64,000 bases of DNA from Callorhinchus milii. Its lineage: Eukaryota. The stretch is from NCBI RefSeq assembly GCF_018977255.1, contig NW_024704743.1:15626001-15690000 (forward strand), read 5' to 3'. Under the pieces are notes generated by a model, which ran no database searches, was not told where the DNA came from, and saw only the letters and a list, made by a program, of their open reading frames with translations. Shown one piece after another: positions 39,022 to 50,936 of the stretch (positions are counted from its first letter, which is position 1; every line of letters begins with the position of its first letter). Both the position numbers and the translations under genes were made by a program.

Positions 39022-39631
39022 CACAAGAGTATAGCGAGAGATTATGGAGGGATTTAAAGATAAGAATAAAGATCTTGAACTTGAAATAGAACAATAGTAA
39101 TGGGATGGTTCCAAAATATATATTGCCTATTAGAGACATCTGGAATCATTACTTGGGGCAAAGTGGCAGAAACCATGCCTACTGATATGATCCTAACTTT
39201 TTATTGAATTGAGGTCCTAAAACATCATCATCAAGTCCATCCCGAGCAAAGCTGTAGATTCTAGAGGAAAAATACACACATGAGACAGATCAAGGCAGTA
39301 TTTTTTTGAAGATTGATGGAAAGCAATTTCAAATGGAACTTTTCCTATTCCAAAATATTGTAATTCTAAGCAAAAAGAATGCTTAGATTTGAAAATGCTG
39401 TAGATTGAATGGGAAAGATAAGGGGTTTCATAGTCTCAAATTCCTGGGAAAAGAATGAATTTGAGTATGAGTTCTGATCTCAACACAATGAAGACATGGA
39501 AGATATATTTGAAGTTTGGGAGGAGCATGACTTCAGAGAAGCAGTGACCATGGTCGTGTAGGTAAAATTGATAGAGAAGGGAAGGAGCTCACAGTTTGAT
39601 CCTTTTCATCTGTATTTATGCTTTTCGCTGT

Positions 39632-39915
39632 ACAACGACAACAATATAGTGCCCTTCATGCAGGGCAGCCTCTCGAAGCGCTTAACAGTGGCAGAGCCTG
39701 ACATCAAGCCGGGGGGAGGGATGAAGTGACCATAATTACAATCGAAGAGAAAGGTTGTGATCTGATAGAGGGGAAGGAGGGGGAAGGCGGAGGGATTGGG
39801 GAAGAGTTCCAGAGCTTCAGGGCGTAGTGGCTGAAAGTGAGGCCGTCGAGGGTGGAGCGGAGGGGACAAGGGGCAAGCAGAAGGCCAGAGCTACCTGAGC
39901 GGAAGCAGCGGCACT
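39632..39915 (-). mobile_element. Older L2 3' fragment
   Basis: Purine-rich gggaagagttccagagc... segment and a (CAA)-like tail, homologous to the L2 3' end. Confidence 0.65.
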
Positions 39916-41056
39916 TTTTTTCCCTATGTCTGGATTTTAAAAGCTCTTACTCTCTTTCTTGTGGGAAACCAAAGCTGAAACTTTTTTTTCCCCAATGAAC
40001 AGACCTTGATTGCTTTTTGCCATTCTAAGTTGGCTTCAGGTGGGTTTTATCAGTCCATAAAAGTTCAGTGCATTTCACGTCAACCATTCTGTGAAAAGTA
40101 ACTGTGCGAAGTGTAGGAAATGAAGATCTACCCTGTTTGCAGTTGGATTGTCCCTCATACCTCAGGACATAGCTTAGCACATGCAGGTGCTATTTGTCTC
40201 TTCGTACACCAACCCGCACTCAAACAGGATAATGCCTTGAAGCGCTTTGCAGAGTACAGGAGTCCTAAGCTGAGGCATGGGCATCTGTTTGCGCATTTAG
40301 CTTAATTGCAAGTGAATACATTCAAAAGCATGATTTTCCGTCTTGCACTGTTTCTCTTGTAATAAAACGTTTTGTACTAATACAATTAAATGTTAAAGGC
40401 GCAAATTGATTCTCAATAAACATGTGATTCGTGCTTCTGCAATCGGTTACTTAATGTATGATGGAAAATATATATTTTCCTTGTAACAGAATCATTTTTA
40501 TATTGTAAGAGTTCACTGCGAGGAAGAGTGCTCACCTGTTTTTGATCACTACACAGCCCGGCAGACCTATATCATAGCCCAGTTACGCTGTGAACTTTAG
40601 GGTGGTAGATTTGTCATCTTCAATCAGCTTTCCAAACCAACGTTAGAGAATATCCATTCAGCCATGTGGCCATTGTGATGAAAGGTCAGTTTATTTACAA
40701 TCCCTGCACTGGGGATTTAACAAGAAAGGCCTATAATCTGCCCCTCAGCGCACCTTCATTGTCCGATCTGTTACTTTATCTTGAGCAACACATTCAAAGC
40801 AGGAGTTTGAGCATGTGAGTGTCCTTGGAAACCACTTTGAAGCTGGGAAGAAAAATGCAGATCATCCCCTGGTTTGTTAATTCATAATTCTCACCATTCC
40901 TAGAAAGAGGTAAGATGTAAACTTCTTTATAAAATACATACCCTTCCTCTCGCTCCCCAGAGTGATTCCAGGAAGGACTACTGACGCATTTCTTCAAAGC
41001 TGTTGCCAGTGGTTCAGAGCAGCATTGATGCACCTTTTCAGGGGATTTATTTTATA

Positions 41057-41663
41057 TAATAATAATAATCCTTCCATTTGATATAGCTCTTTTTCAAGTC
41101 TTCTCAACGTCTCAAAGCTCTTCACAGAATATAAGGTGAATTGACTGTATATTTGTGGGCGAAACGCGGCAGCCAATTGCGCACAGCAGTATATCACAAA
41201 CAATCGTGGATTGAGTGACCAAATTATTATTGTGTTTTTTTTCTTGAGGGATTATTATCAGACGTGTGGAGTACCCTACTATCGGTGGCCGGGCCTTCAG
41301 CCTCTCAGCTCCTAGGCTCTGGAACTCTATCCCACAGTGCCTTCGCCTTGCTTCCTCCCTTTCCTCCTTCAAGGCCGGTCTCAAGACCTTTCTCTTTGAC
41401 CGTGCCTTCAGCTCCCCTCTCGACTCTCTACCCTTTCCTCGCTCCCTCCCTTCCCTCTCCTCACCCTGACCATTTCCCCCCTGCTCGGGTCCTGACCCAA
41501 CTGTACAGCGCCTTGGGACGTCCTCCTGACGTGAAAGGCGCTCAATAAATGGAATCTTGTTGTTGTTGTAAGGAAACTTGCCCAAGGTTTCACCCTGCCG
41601 GGAATCGAACCCAGGTCTCTCGCTTGCGAGGCGAGAGCTCTAACCACTGAGCTACAGGACTCC
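41057..41663 (-). mobile_element. tRNA-derived SINE split by an L2 insertion
   Basis: Tail half at 41057-41273 and head half at 41568-41663 rejoin to give the same architecture as 1234-1555. Confidence 0.9.
41274..41567 (+). mobile_element. Young L2 3' fragment nested in the SINE
   Basis: IGGRAFSLSAPRLWNSIPQCLRLASSLSSFKAGLKTFLFDRAF; very similar to 13270-13564; GTA on both flanks. Confidence 0.92.
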
Positions 41664-42754
41664 ATCTGACTTCTTTTCAGATAAGCTTGAAGCTTTGCAT
41701 TTATTATGCAATATATATCCATCTTTTGTGTTAGCTTGTAAATATTTTTCTCTTCATAGGACATCCCTGTTCTTTGATATTCTCTTCTGTTTAAGCAGTC
41801 AGTTCAGATGCCACTGACGGACTGGTTTGTGTGAGTTTGAGAAAGGGTCAGTCAGAATGAAGTTGGTATGTGAGGGAGTGCAATAAGCGCATGTCTCCGG
41901 CAGCACTTCCTTTTGTGCAGTAATGTAGGTGGATTAAGCAAGCAGAAGTATAGTAAGCACAGAGATAGCAGGGTTATTTCCTCCACTTGTAACATTCAAC
42001 AAAATGTTGGATTTTCAGGCACTTTCATATAAATATTTTACAATACTTCGGTATGTCGTTCATCCTCCCCCATTGTTACAATTGCACCTTTGTTCCACTT
42101 TATTCTCCTTTGCCTGCCTCTGAATCCCTCTGCCCGATAACTGATTGAAAATTCTGCTGTACTTGCTTTTGAAGTGAAGACAAATGCTCACTGTACACTT
42201 ACCAAATAAAAAATCCAAATACTGCCGTGTATCATTACCTTCAATTTAATATCAATTACAAGATTAATGTAGGAGACCTCAAGTCTAGACTTTGAATTAA
42301 CATAGGCTGACACTCCAATACAGTGTTGGGGGGTGCATTATCAGAGATGCCATCATTCTGATGAGATGTTAAACCAAGGTCCCACAATGTTCAGGTGAAT
42401 GTTAAAGATCATGTGGCATGCAAGGCACGATATCAAGTATAAGGATTATTTACAATTGCAGGATTGTTATCATAAAAAAAAATGAATTTAGATTTTGTTG
42501 CAGAAACGTAAGGCAATTTCAGTTATCTGTAGGAATAAGTTTGAAGTTTTGAAACCATTCAGTTTTTGGAATATAAAACTACATCATCTAAATCGACAGG
42601 TACCAGTCAACTTTATGAAACAGTTTAAGAATCAACCAAAACAATTCATGTGATCGGCATTGAAAGGAAGTGTATAGCATGCAAGTTTATTTGTTTTAAT
42701 TCTCACTTTATCTAACGAGTATTTTCTCTTGGTGGCTACTTTTATTTTTTCCAG

Positions 42755-43039
42755 AAACCTTATGTGTGTAAGATTCCGGGCTGCACGAAACGTTACACAG
42801 ATCCGAGCTCCCTCCGAAAACATGTAAAGACAGTTCATGGTCCCGAGGCTCACATCACGAAGAAACAGCGAGGGGATATCCACCCGAGACCACCACCCAG
42901 GGACCCAGGCAACCACTCCCAGTCCAAGTCACCTGGGCATCTGCATAGTGGCCTTGGGGAGCAAAGAGACATGAACAACACTACCTCAAAGCGTGAAGAA
43001 TGTCTGCAGGTTAAGGCCATTAAGACAGAGAAGCCAATG
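42755..43039 (+). CDS. gli3: GLI3 coding exon (exon 13 equivalent), ZF5 and post-finger region
   Basis: cag|AAA...ATG|gtatgt, 285 bp. [50 protein letters not shown]...[21 protein letters not shown]; the post-finger sequence is GLI3-type rather than GLI1/GLI2-type. Confidence 0.97.
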
Positions 43040-44454
43040 GTATGTCCTCATATTAAAAGTAATCAGATAATGTGTACTTATTCCTGCTGTTCATGAAATT
43101 AGAAGCATTTTCAAAACATTTCCAAGGGGGGCCAGTTTTAATGCTCCGTTATCCAAATTGAAAGGCAGCTTTATACGTTCCCTCAGCGAGCTGTAAAGGG
43201 GACATGATGGTGGGTACTGGTCTAGGCAGAATTTGGTTTTATTATGGTGTGTTAAAAACGAGGGACAGTATTTCATTGACTGTGGATTCTTCCCTTTCCC
43301 ACCCCCACGTCCCACTCCCCTATGCTGTTGTATGAACTTCAATCATATTGGAGGTTATATACTTACCTACGTATATCACCATTTATGAGTGTTGTTATTT
43401 GTCACTCCTCTAATGAATTGCTGCAATAAAAGAGCCTACTATGATGAAACCAGAAAGCATGAAAATAGGATTTTGTTTGAAGCTAAGTGTTGAGTTATTG
43501 GCTGTAAGGATATCTCAGTTATCAGTTACTTATATTTATTTACAATTTGCTGTTCTCTGTTGTAATTTTAAACGGGCCGACTTACAAACATGGCTGTCTG
43601 CCAAATACACTGAGCAGCAGAAAAACAAATGGAAATGTTTGGTTTCTCTTTGCGACAATTATTATTGGTGCAAGTTTCAGAGCATCATACGCTGGGAGGG
43701 GAAGACTGTTACAAGCACATCTGTGTAAAAATGCTTTTATTTAAATTGCACAACTTTAAGTCAGTCACCCAGAGCTTGAACAGTTTCTCTGGTAAGACTT
43801 AACTTCACTGGAAATGTTTTACAAACTATTTTGTTTGATTCTGTCTGAATTGGGTATCCTCTGCTATCTCTGGGTTTGGAATGCTTTTAAGTGTAGTGTA
43901 ATGGATACCTAGGAGTAATTTCAACGTATTATTTTGGTATTTGAAATAGACTGGTGAACCACAAGAGTAAGCTTGTGCAATCCACAATGATCATATAAGC
44001 CTGAGATTGGATTACATCCTCATTTGGGGAGCTTTATTCTAGTTTTTGACTGGCTTTCATGTGAACAGCAGCAGATATCCCAGATATATGTTGATGTTTA
44101 CATAAGATTATTAATAATTTAATAAATTAGTTTAATTGAGAGTCTATAATTGGTTTCCGTAACATTGTAAGGGATCCAATTTGCAGTATCTGTTAAGGGC
44201 ATTTAATAAGGGGATGTCCTGCTGGTTTCTGGAAGTACTTCAAATCAACTTCTGAAACAATAACAACTAGCATTTAAACACTGCCACGCTACAAGGGGTA
44301 GTGTCTTGGAGCAAAGTGAGAAAATATTGTTAAATACTCTGTATTAGACTTCTGTAGCTATGATATGTTTTTATATTTATTATTGGTATAGACCATATAC
44401 ATTGTTTATTATTTTTTTCTCATTTATTTTCTTTGGCTCCTACTTTGCTGAAAG

Positions 44455-44642
44455 TGTCCACATGTGTACAACTCCAGGAGGGGTCACTAGATAGCAAGCA
44501 AAAAGAGTTTCTGTGTTTTCCCTCTCCTCGAAGGCACTGAGGTCAATCATAACGCCACAGCTCCTGTCCATGCTGAAACAAGATAACCCCCACAACACAG
44601 ACCAGGGACTGAGCAAAACACCTTCCCAACTGTATGGCTCTG
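44455..44642 (-). mobile_element. AmnSINE2-like relic
   Basis: Reverse complement cagagccatacag...ccctggtctgtg...ttgacctcagtgcc...gctatctagtgacccct. Homologous to 47418-47580; family name recalled from memory. Confidence 0.55.
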
Positions 44643-44789
44643 CCAGTTTTGGAAGACCTCACAGAGCCATCAAAGGAGCTTTCCTTTATTTTAATGTGGA
44701 TGGGAAATGCAGTGTCCTGCGCAGAATATGAAAATGATAAAAATTAATGCACTGAGTCAATATTGTAAGCAAAGTCATACATTTAAGAT

Positions 44790-45045
44790 AATCACGAGAG
44801 GAATTAAAGGGGAGGTTAGCAAAAAATAATGTTTATACAGAGGGGATTAACTGTGGAATTCGTTGCCACAAAGTGTAGTTGAATCAAAGTTCGTCAATTC
44901 TTCTAAATGGGATACATGAAAATGAAAGTCATGGAGAGCGAGCAGAAGAACAGGATTGGATTGAGTGGCTCATGTGGAGGAAAATATTAGCGCAGACTCG
45001 ATGGACTGAAAAGCCGGCATCTGTGCTGTTACATTTTATGAATGC
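44790..45045 (+). mobile_element. CR1 3' UTR fragment
   Basis: Similar to 18440-18700 (tgtggaattcgttgccacaa...ggctcatgtggagg). Confidence 0.7.
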
Positions 45046-45644
45046 TGTTTGCTCTTAATTGCATCTACTTTGTCAGTGAAGGAATGGAGTGCTTAACTCC
45101 CATGTTTTCATTCATTCTGTACTGCTCATTAACCACTACTAACTGAAAGTAACTCTCTTTCTTTTTCTTGCTCTTACTAACTGGCTGATCTAACTGTCGG
45201 GTGCTGCGTCATTTCTTATTCTGTCTTCCTAAGGACAGTGGGTAATAAGGTGAGGAGATTTTGTTACCTGCCTCTTTCCCCTTTGCTATATAAAGTGCAG
45301 GATGTAAGTTGTAATTCACAAAGTAAACACAGATTTCAGCTGTGGTTGAATAAATACCCTTGACTTAACATAATGGGAGCCTTGGTGCTCCAGTGTCTTG
45401 AAGGCCCATCAATATGTATGTTTGTGCCCCAAATGTGAGCAAATAGACCAATGATTGACGAACTCCAATGAGACCAAAGATTGTCTAAATCAAGTCGATT
45501 TTTGTATTTAACTTTTAAACAAAACATTGTTCATGACTGTCCCGGGGGAAATAAAAGATTTTAACTGTGAAGTACCACTGAGTTAGCTTCTTACTTTTAC
45601 TGCTAATCGAGTGCACAAATTATTCTCTTCTCTCTCTTTTGCAG

Positions 45645-45972
45645 ACGTCTCAGCCAAGCCCTGGTGGTCAGTCTTCATGCAGCAGTGAACCGTCCCCCCT
45701 CGGCAACAACTCCAGCAGTGGGGTCGAGCTCAATCTGAACAGCGGGGGCAGTGTGGGAGATCTCAGCGCCATTGATGAGGCACCAATCATGGACTCTACA
45801 GTTTCCACAGCAACTACAGCATTAGGCCTTCAGGCCAGAAGGAATTTGACAGGGACCAGGTGGATGGAACAGCTAAAGGTGGAGAGGTTGAAACAAGTCA
45901 ATGGACTTCTACCCAGAGTCAACACTATCCCAGCTACTAAAAACACAACTTTGCCTCCTCTTATAGGAAATG
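45645..45972 (+). CDS. gli3: GLI3 coding exon (exon 14 equivalent)
   Basis: Polypyrimidine tract, then cag|ACG...AATG|gtaagg, 328 bp. [14 protein letters not shown]...[30 protein letters not shown]...ERLKQVNG...PLIGN. Confidence 0.97.
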
Positions 45973-46939
45973 GTAAGGAAGAATCTTCAGCATCTTACCT
46001 GTACAAAAACAAATCTTTAAAACTGCAAGAAGGCAGAAATCTGTACGCTCCATTTATTTTCAACACACCTGGCTTACCGACGAGCTGTGCAGTTATTATT
46101 AAGAATAGTTCCATTAAGATTAGCGTGATGCCCTTGGGTTTCCATTGCTGGAGAGACGCAATTTACTAAGTGATGAACTTTTCCTGCAGCAAGACATTGT
46201 TGCTTTCCTCAGTGGCACTTATTGATATTTGTGCTGGCGTGCAGAGAGAAATTCTATGTGCGTTTGTACTGCAAGTTGTGGCCTGCTTGGCTGGAGAGGT
46301 TCATACTTGCAGATCTGCTGTTGCAACTACTTTGCAGATTTAGTTGATTTCTGGATTTTGGCTGTGACAGAAAGGATGCTTGAGCTGAGAGTAGTGGCAC
46401 TGATTGCTACCCAAATAGTGAGTGCACAGTTGGCAGGTATGTAACCTTTCATTCTGCACAGTGAAGAAAAATCCCACCATGGCATGGCGGGTAAAGGCAC
46501 TGTACTTACCCAGAGGTTCGAACTCTGGTTTTGCTGGTCTTGGGCAGTTAAAGCACTATTACAAAACGTTATTGTTGGGTATTAGAGGACAACTGGTTCT
46601 TGTGGAGCCATCGTCCAATAAAAGAATAGACAGTCAACCATACTCAGGAGAGAAGGGAAAGGGGTAAAATTTGAAGAGGAAAAAAACATTCGTAGAATTA
46701 GGTAATTCTACTCCCTCCACAAACAATGCAACACCGACCCAATGGTGGAATGTTCTCCATTCTCTCTTCTCTCCTGGAGAAAACCTCCACAGGCATAGTC
46801 TCTGAACCTCAAAGGCAAACAAGCACAACTACAAAACAGTATTCCATTTCCAGATCTTCACTGTGTAAACCTAGCTCTCTTCCCTCCACAAGTCACATCT
46901 CCCTTTTTCCCCACCTGCCACCAAGGCCTAGAGCATAGA

Positions 46940-47378
46940 GATCATTGGGCTCATTCTGGTCTTCTTTTAAAGTCATTACCATTCAACCTCATCTTCAAAT
47001 CCCTTCAAGCCCAAGCACCTCCCTACCTCTTTGACCTGCTTGCTCCCCAACCCACTACCTGCTGCTTCGGCTCAATGCCTCCAGGCTCCTGCTTGTTGCC
47101 CGTGCTCTCCATTTCCATCATCGGTGGCCACAATTTCAGCCACTATGCCCCAAAACTCTGGAACACTGGTCCTTTATCCCTCTGCTTTGCCCGTCACCCC
47201 CGCACCCCCCCCCACCCACCCCGTCTTTAGGTCACACCTGAACACCTTCCTCTTTAACCGTGCCTACCGTCACCTCCCCCTGGCTCAGTGAGATGCTCCA
47301 TCACTGTCAAGCGCTCTCAGATGCTACCCTGCATGAGGGGTATTATATAAATGCAAGTTATTATTACTGTTATTATTG
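46940..47378 (+). mobile_element. Older L2 3' fragment
   Basis: ctcatcttcaaatccct...ctctggaacac...accttcctctttaaccgtgcc...tatataaatgcaag(tta)n. Confidence 0.75.
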
Positions 47379-47417
47379 AACCATAAAGAAACAAAAAAGG
47401 ACTGTGACTTCTTAATA

Positions 47418-47580
47418 GTTTAGTGCGTTACAGAGCCATACAAGCACCAGAGAAATCCCAGATTCCATCTGAGTTAGCTGATCTCATCTGGGGCAGCAGT
47501 TGAGACACTACAACTGTCCTCAACGCCCAGGTGAGGTGAAAAAAAATATCCAGGTTCGTTCTCCTGAACTATTCAGTGTG
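47418..47580 (+). mobile_element. AmnSINE2-like relic
   Basis: gagccatac...gagttagctgatctcatctggggcagcagttgagacactacaactgtcctcaacgccc, resembling the recalled AmnSINE2 consensus. Confidence 0.6.
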
Positions 47581-48546
47581 GAGAGAATATCAGCTTCAAA
47601 TAAGAGTTGCTGTACATGACTAGATGCAGGCTAGCATGTTCCCGTTCAAACCAATGCAAGCCACAGACACAGCTTGCTGACTTGACGTTTCATCGCTGAC
47701 TCCTTTCACTCTGAGAACAACGTTTTAAATTACAGTCATCCAAAGCGTGTGTGAGTTATGCACATCTTTGATGTTTGTGAAAGAACAACATTGTGTCACG
47801 GATGAGATATTGTATCCAATCATTTAGTCTAAACACAGGATAAGCACTGGTACACTTCAGAGATTCCTTGTAGAGCAGATCTGAGGAACACTCTAACATC
47901 CTGCTCCAGATTACATGTTTATTGGGTTAACACATTTCACTTATGACAAATATGACTTCATGACCGTTTCAGATACCACATCTCCATTAGGCAGTGTTTA
48001 GACTTCTTAACTAACAGACATTTATAAAGTAATTGCTTGAAATGATTTTTGTCTGGTTTCCAAAAACAGCATTATAAAGGGGAGATAGTGGGCGACCGAT
48101 TTTGGGAAAACATTTGAAAGGTAGGAAAACAGTTGAATGGTGGGACATAATATGCAAAGACTACAGATTTATTTTGTTTTACCTCTTATAAATGCAAGCA
48201 GTCTGCCCAAGCATTTAATTTGCTCACCTAACTTTTTTGAATCTATCTTGAGTTAAGTGTCTTAGTGAAATATTGTATTTATTTTAATCAATTTCTCTTA
48301 GATAATGGAGCAAAATGTTATCAATCAAACAAAATGAGCGACTGCAGTCTGCTATAGCATGGGTTTTGCATTGTCCGAAAGCTTGTGTGCTCCTTAATGC
48401 AACTACTAGATTATCTCAATGTAAAATATTACTATCATCCCCTCTTTAAGTTCACCATCTTCCCACTCCATTGTGATTTAACATTAGCCATACTGTTGTT
48501 TCAAATTCTAAATGAACATTAAACACATCTTATCATTTAATCACAG

Positions 48547-50936
48547 GCTCTCAGCTGGACAGCTCTATTGTTGGAGGATCCATGACTATATTGCCAAATA
48601 GAAAAGAACTTTTGAACTCAGAGATCACAACGTTGAACAAGCTCAATGAACGACGTGATAGCACCACCAGTACTATTAGCTCTGCCTATATGAGCAGCCG
48701 CAGGTCTTCTGGTATTTCACCATATCTTTCCAGTAGAAGGTCCAGTGAGTTCTCCCAGGCTGAAGGCCGACTACACAACCTGAGTGTTGCAGATTCCTAC
48801 GATCCCATCTCAACAGATGCATCAAGGCGGTCAAGTGAGGCCAGTCAATGTGATGGGCTACCTGGGCTACTGAATCTTACCCCAGCACAGCAATATCGGC
48901 TGAAAGTCAAATATGCTGCAGCCACAGGTGGACCACCACCAACTCCATTGCCAAATATGGAGCGCATGAGCCTAAAGACCAGGATGGCTCTGTTTGGTGA
49001 CTGCAGAGAGAATGGCGTATCTCCCTTTACCCAAGGAAATATTTCTCGAAGATGCAGTGACGGTGGTGTCAGTGGGTATGGCAGGAGGCTTCTGTTACCT
49101 CATGATTCTTACGGGATAAGAAGAGCCAGTGATCCAATAAGGACTGCAGTAGATCCTTTTTCTTCACCTCGAGTACATCGATTTAACAGTCTTAACAATG
49201 TTAACCCTCTCCCTGTGCCTCCATCAATGGAACGACGCAATCTCAGTCTTCAGAACTACACTCGCTCTGACGGAAACCTCCATCGGAATATCTACTCTCC
49301 TTGCCCTCCAAGTATTAGTGAAAATGTTGTCCTGGAGGCCATCGCTATGGAATCATGCAGCCTTATTGATGAGGATATCCTGCCAGATGATGTAGTTCAG
49401 TACCTAAGTTCACAGAACAATAAATCGGGCAGTAATAATTTACAGAATCCCATAAATATGCCAAGTCAGGACATATACAGCCATTTGCAAAACATACAAC
49501 CCAATGAAATACAACAAGATATCACAGGAATTTTTCCTACTTTCGACCAGTCCCATTCAATCAACAATTCGGTGAACCAGCAGTACCACAGCCCACAAGT
49601 AAACTCTGAAGCTAATAAGGATGATCTGCCAATTCAGTGGAATGAAGTAAGCTCAGGAAGTGTCGACATGTCACCTCAGAAACAAAAGTATGGGCAGCGG
49701 TCCATGGTTTCAATGCAGCAAAGCCGTGCACTCGGGCTATTCAACAACACAATGAATCCTCAACAAAACTTGCCAAAGGGTCAACAGAATGTGTTTACAG
49801 GTCAACAAAATGGCTTTCAGCAGTACATGGAAGTGGCTCCGTACAGTGTTCAGCAGAGCAATACTAATGCAGGGAATTCTTTCAATCTCCAGTTAAGTAA
49901 AGGACAACAGCATAACCGAAACCTGAACAGGCAGATGTTGACTTCTGCAGGCATTGATTGCTCTTACAATACAAACTCAGCGACGCAAGAGATAGGGTTG
50001 AACTGTTTACAGTCCAATAGCAGCCAAGATGGGTCTATGCTCTCTTCCGTGCCAACGGGTCACCAAGCAGTTAAGATGTCCGATGGAATGCAAAACAGAA
50101 ATATGATGGTGCAGGATTTCTTTCAGTGTCAGCAAACTGCGAATCAGCAGAGAAATGAAGGGTTGCACTTCCATGGAATGAATAGACCTATTCAAATGAA
50201 CGTCAGTGGCTCAGATCTTAATGGAGCAAGTAGTCAGCCACCTCAAGCTGCACTGTTTCCAGGACTTCAAGGTTCTCAGCACATTTCTCAAAATTTAGGA
50301 AATCAACCATTTGGATTGTTCGTGACAAAAGCTCATCAAGTATATGCAGCTCATAATGGCAACAAGCAGCAGCAGCAGCAGAGTCTACTGACAAGTAATA
50401 CGCCACATCAGACCATCAATAATATTAACCAGATGTTAAGCATGACCAGTATTAAGACCGAGATGCAGGATCAGATTCAGACCTTTCGCAGCTCCTGTGC
50501 TAATATGCAGCATTATGCTGGTCAAGCGTATGACCAGAACTCTAACTGCAAACAGCAAGCTATGAAAGCTGGGTTGTTCACTGCTCAGGAGGTTAGCTGC
50601 CAGCTGCAACAGGCTGGCCATTCAAAGTCTTCTGAACTGCTTTCCCCAGGTGCCAACCAAGTGACTAGCACAGTTGACAGCAATAGCCTAGACACTCTAC
50701 AGATTGATTTTGATGCCATCATAGATGATGGGGACCATGCCAGCTTAATTTCAGGAGCCCTGAGTCCAAGCATTCTGCAAAATTTCTCCCAGACTTCTTC
50801 CCGCCTCAACACCCCCCGCACCTCTCTCACATTCCACAGCATGCCAGTGAGCACATCAAACATGGCCATTGGCGACATGACCTCCTTGCTCACGTCACTT
50901 GCAGAAGAAAGCAAATTTCTTACCATTATGCCATAA
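48547..50936 (+). CDS. gli3: GLI3 terminal coding exon (exon 15 equivalent): PKA cluster and activation domain, TAA stop
   Basis: cag|GC continues the phase of the previous exon into ORF 48582-50936. Contains RRDS, RRSS x3, RRCS, RRAS, DSYDPISTDAS, KYAAATGGPPPTPLP, LPDDVVQYL, LPIQWNEVSS and NMAIGDMTSLLTSLAEESKFL. Confidence 0.98.

Noticed and set aside
41588..41663. tRNA-Ala genes (also 1480-1555 and 58858-58933)
   Set aside because: Each cloverleaf is the 5' head of a SINE, continuous with its body, so they are not standalone tRNA genes.
45973..46169. 65-codon read-through past the exon-14-equivalent donor
   Set aside because: Strong donor (G|gtaagg), no recognisable homology in the extension, and an open frame of this length can occur by chance.
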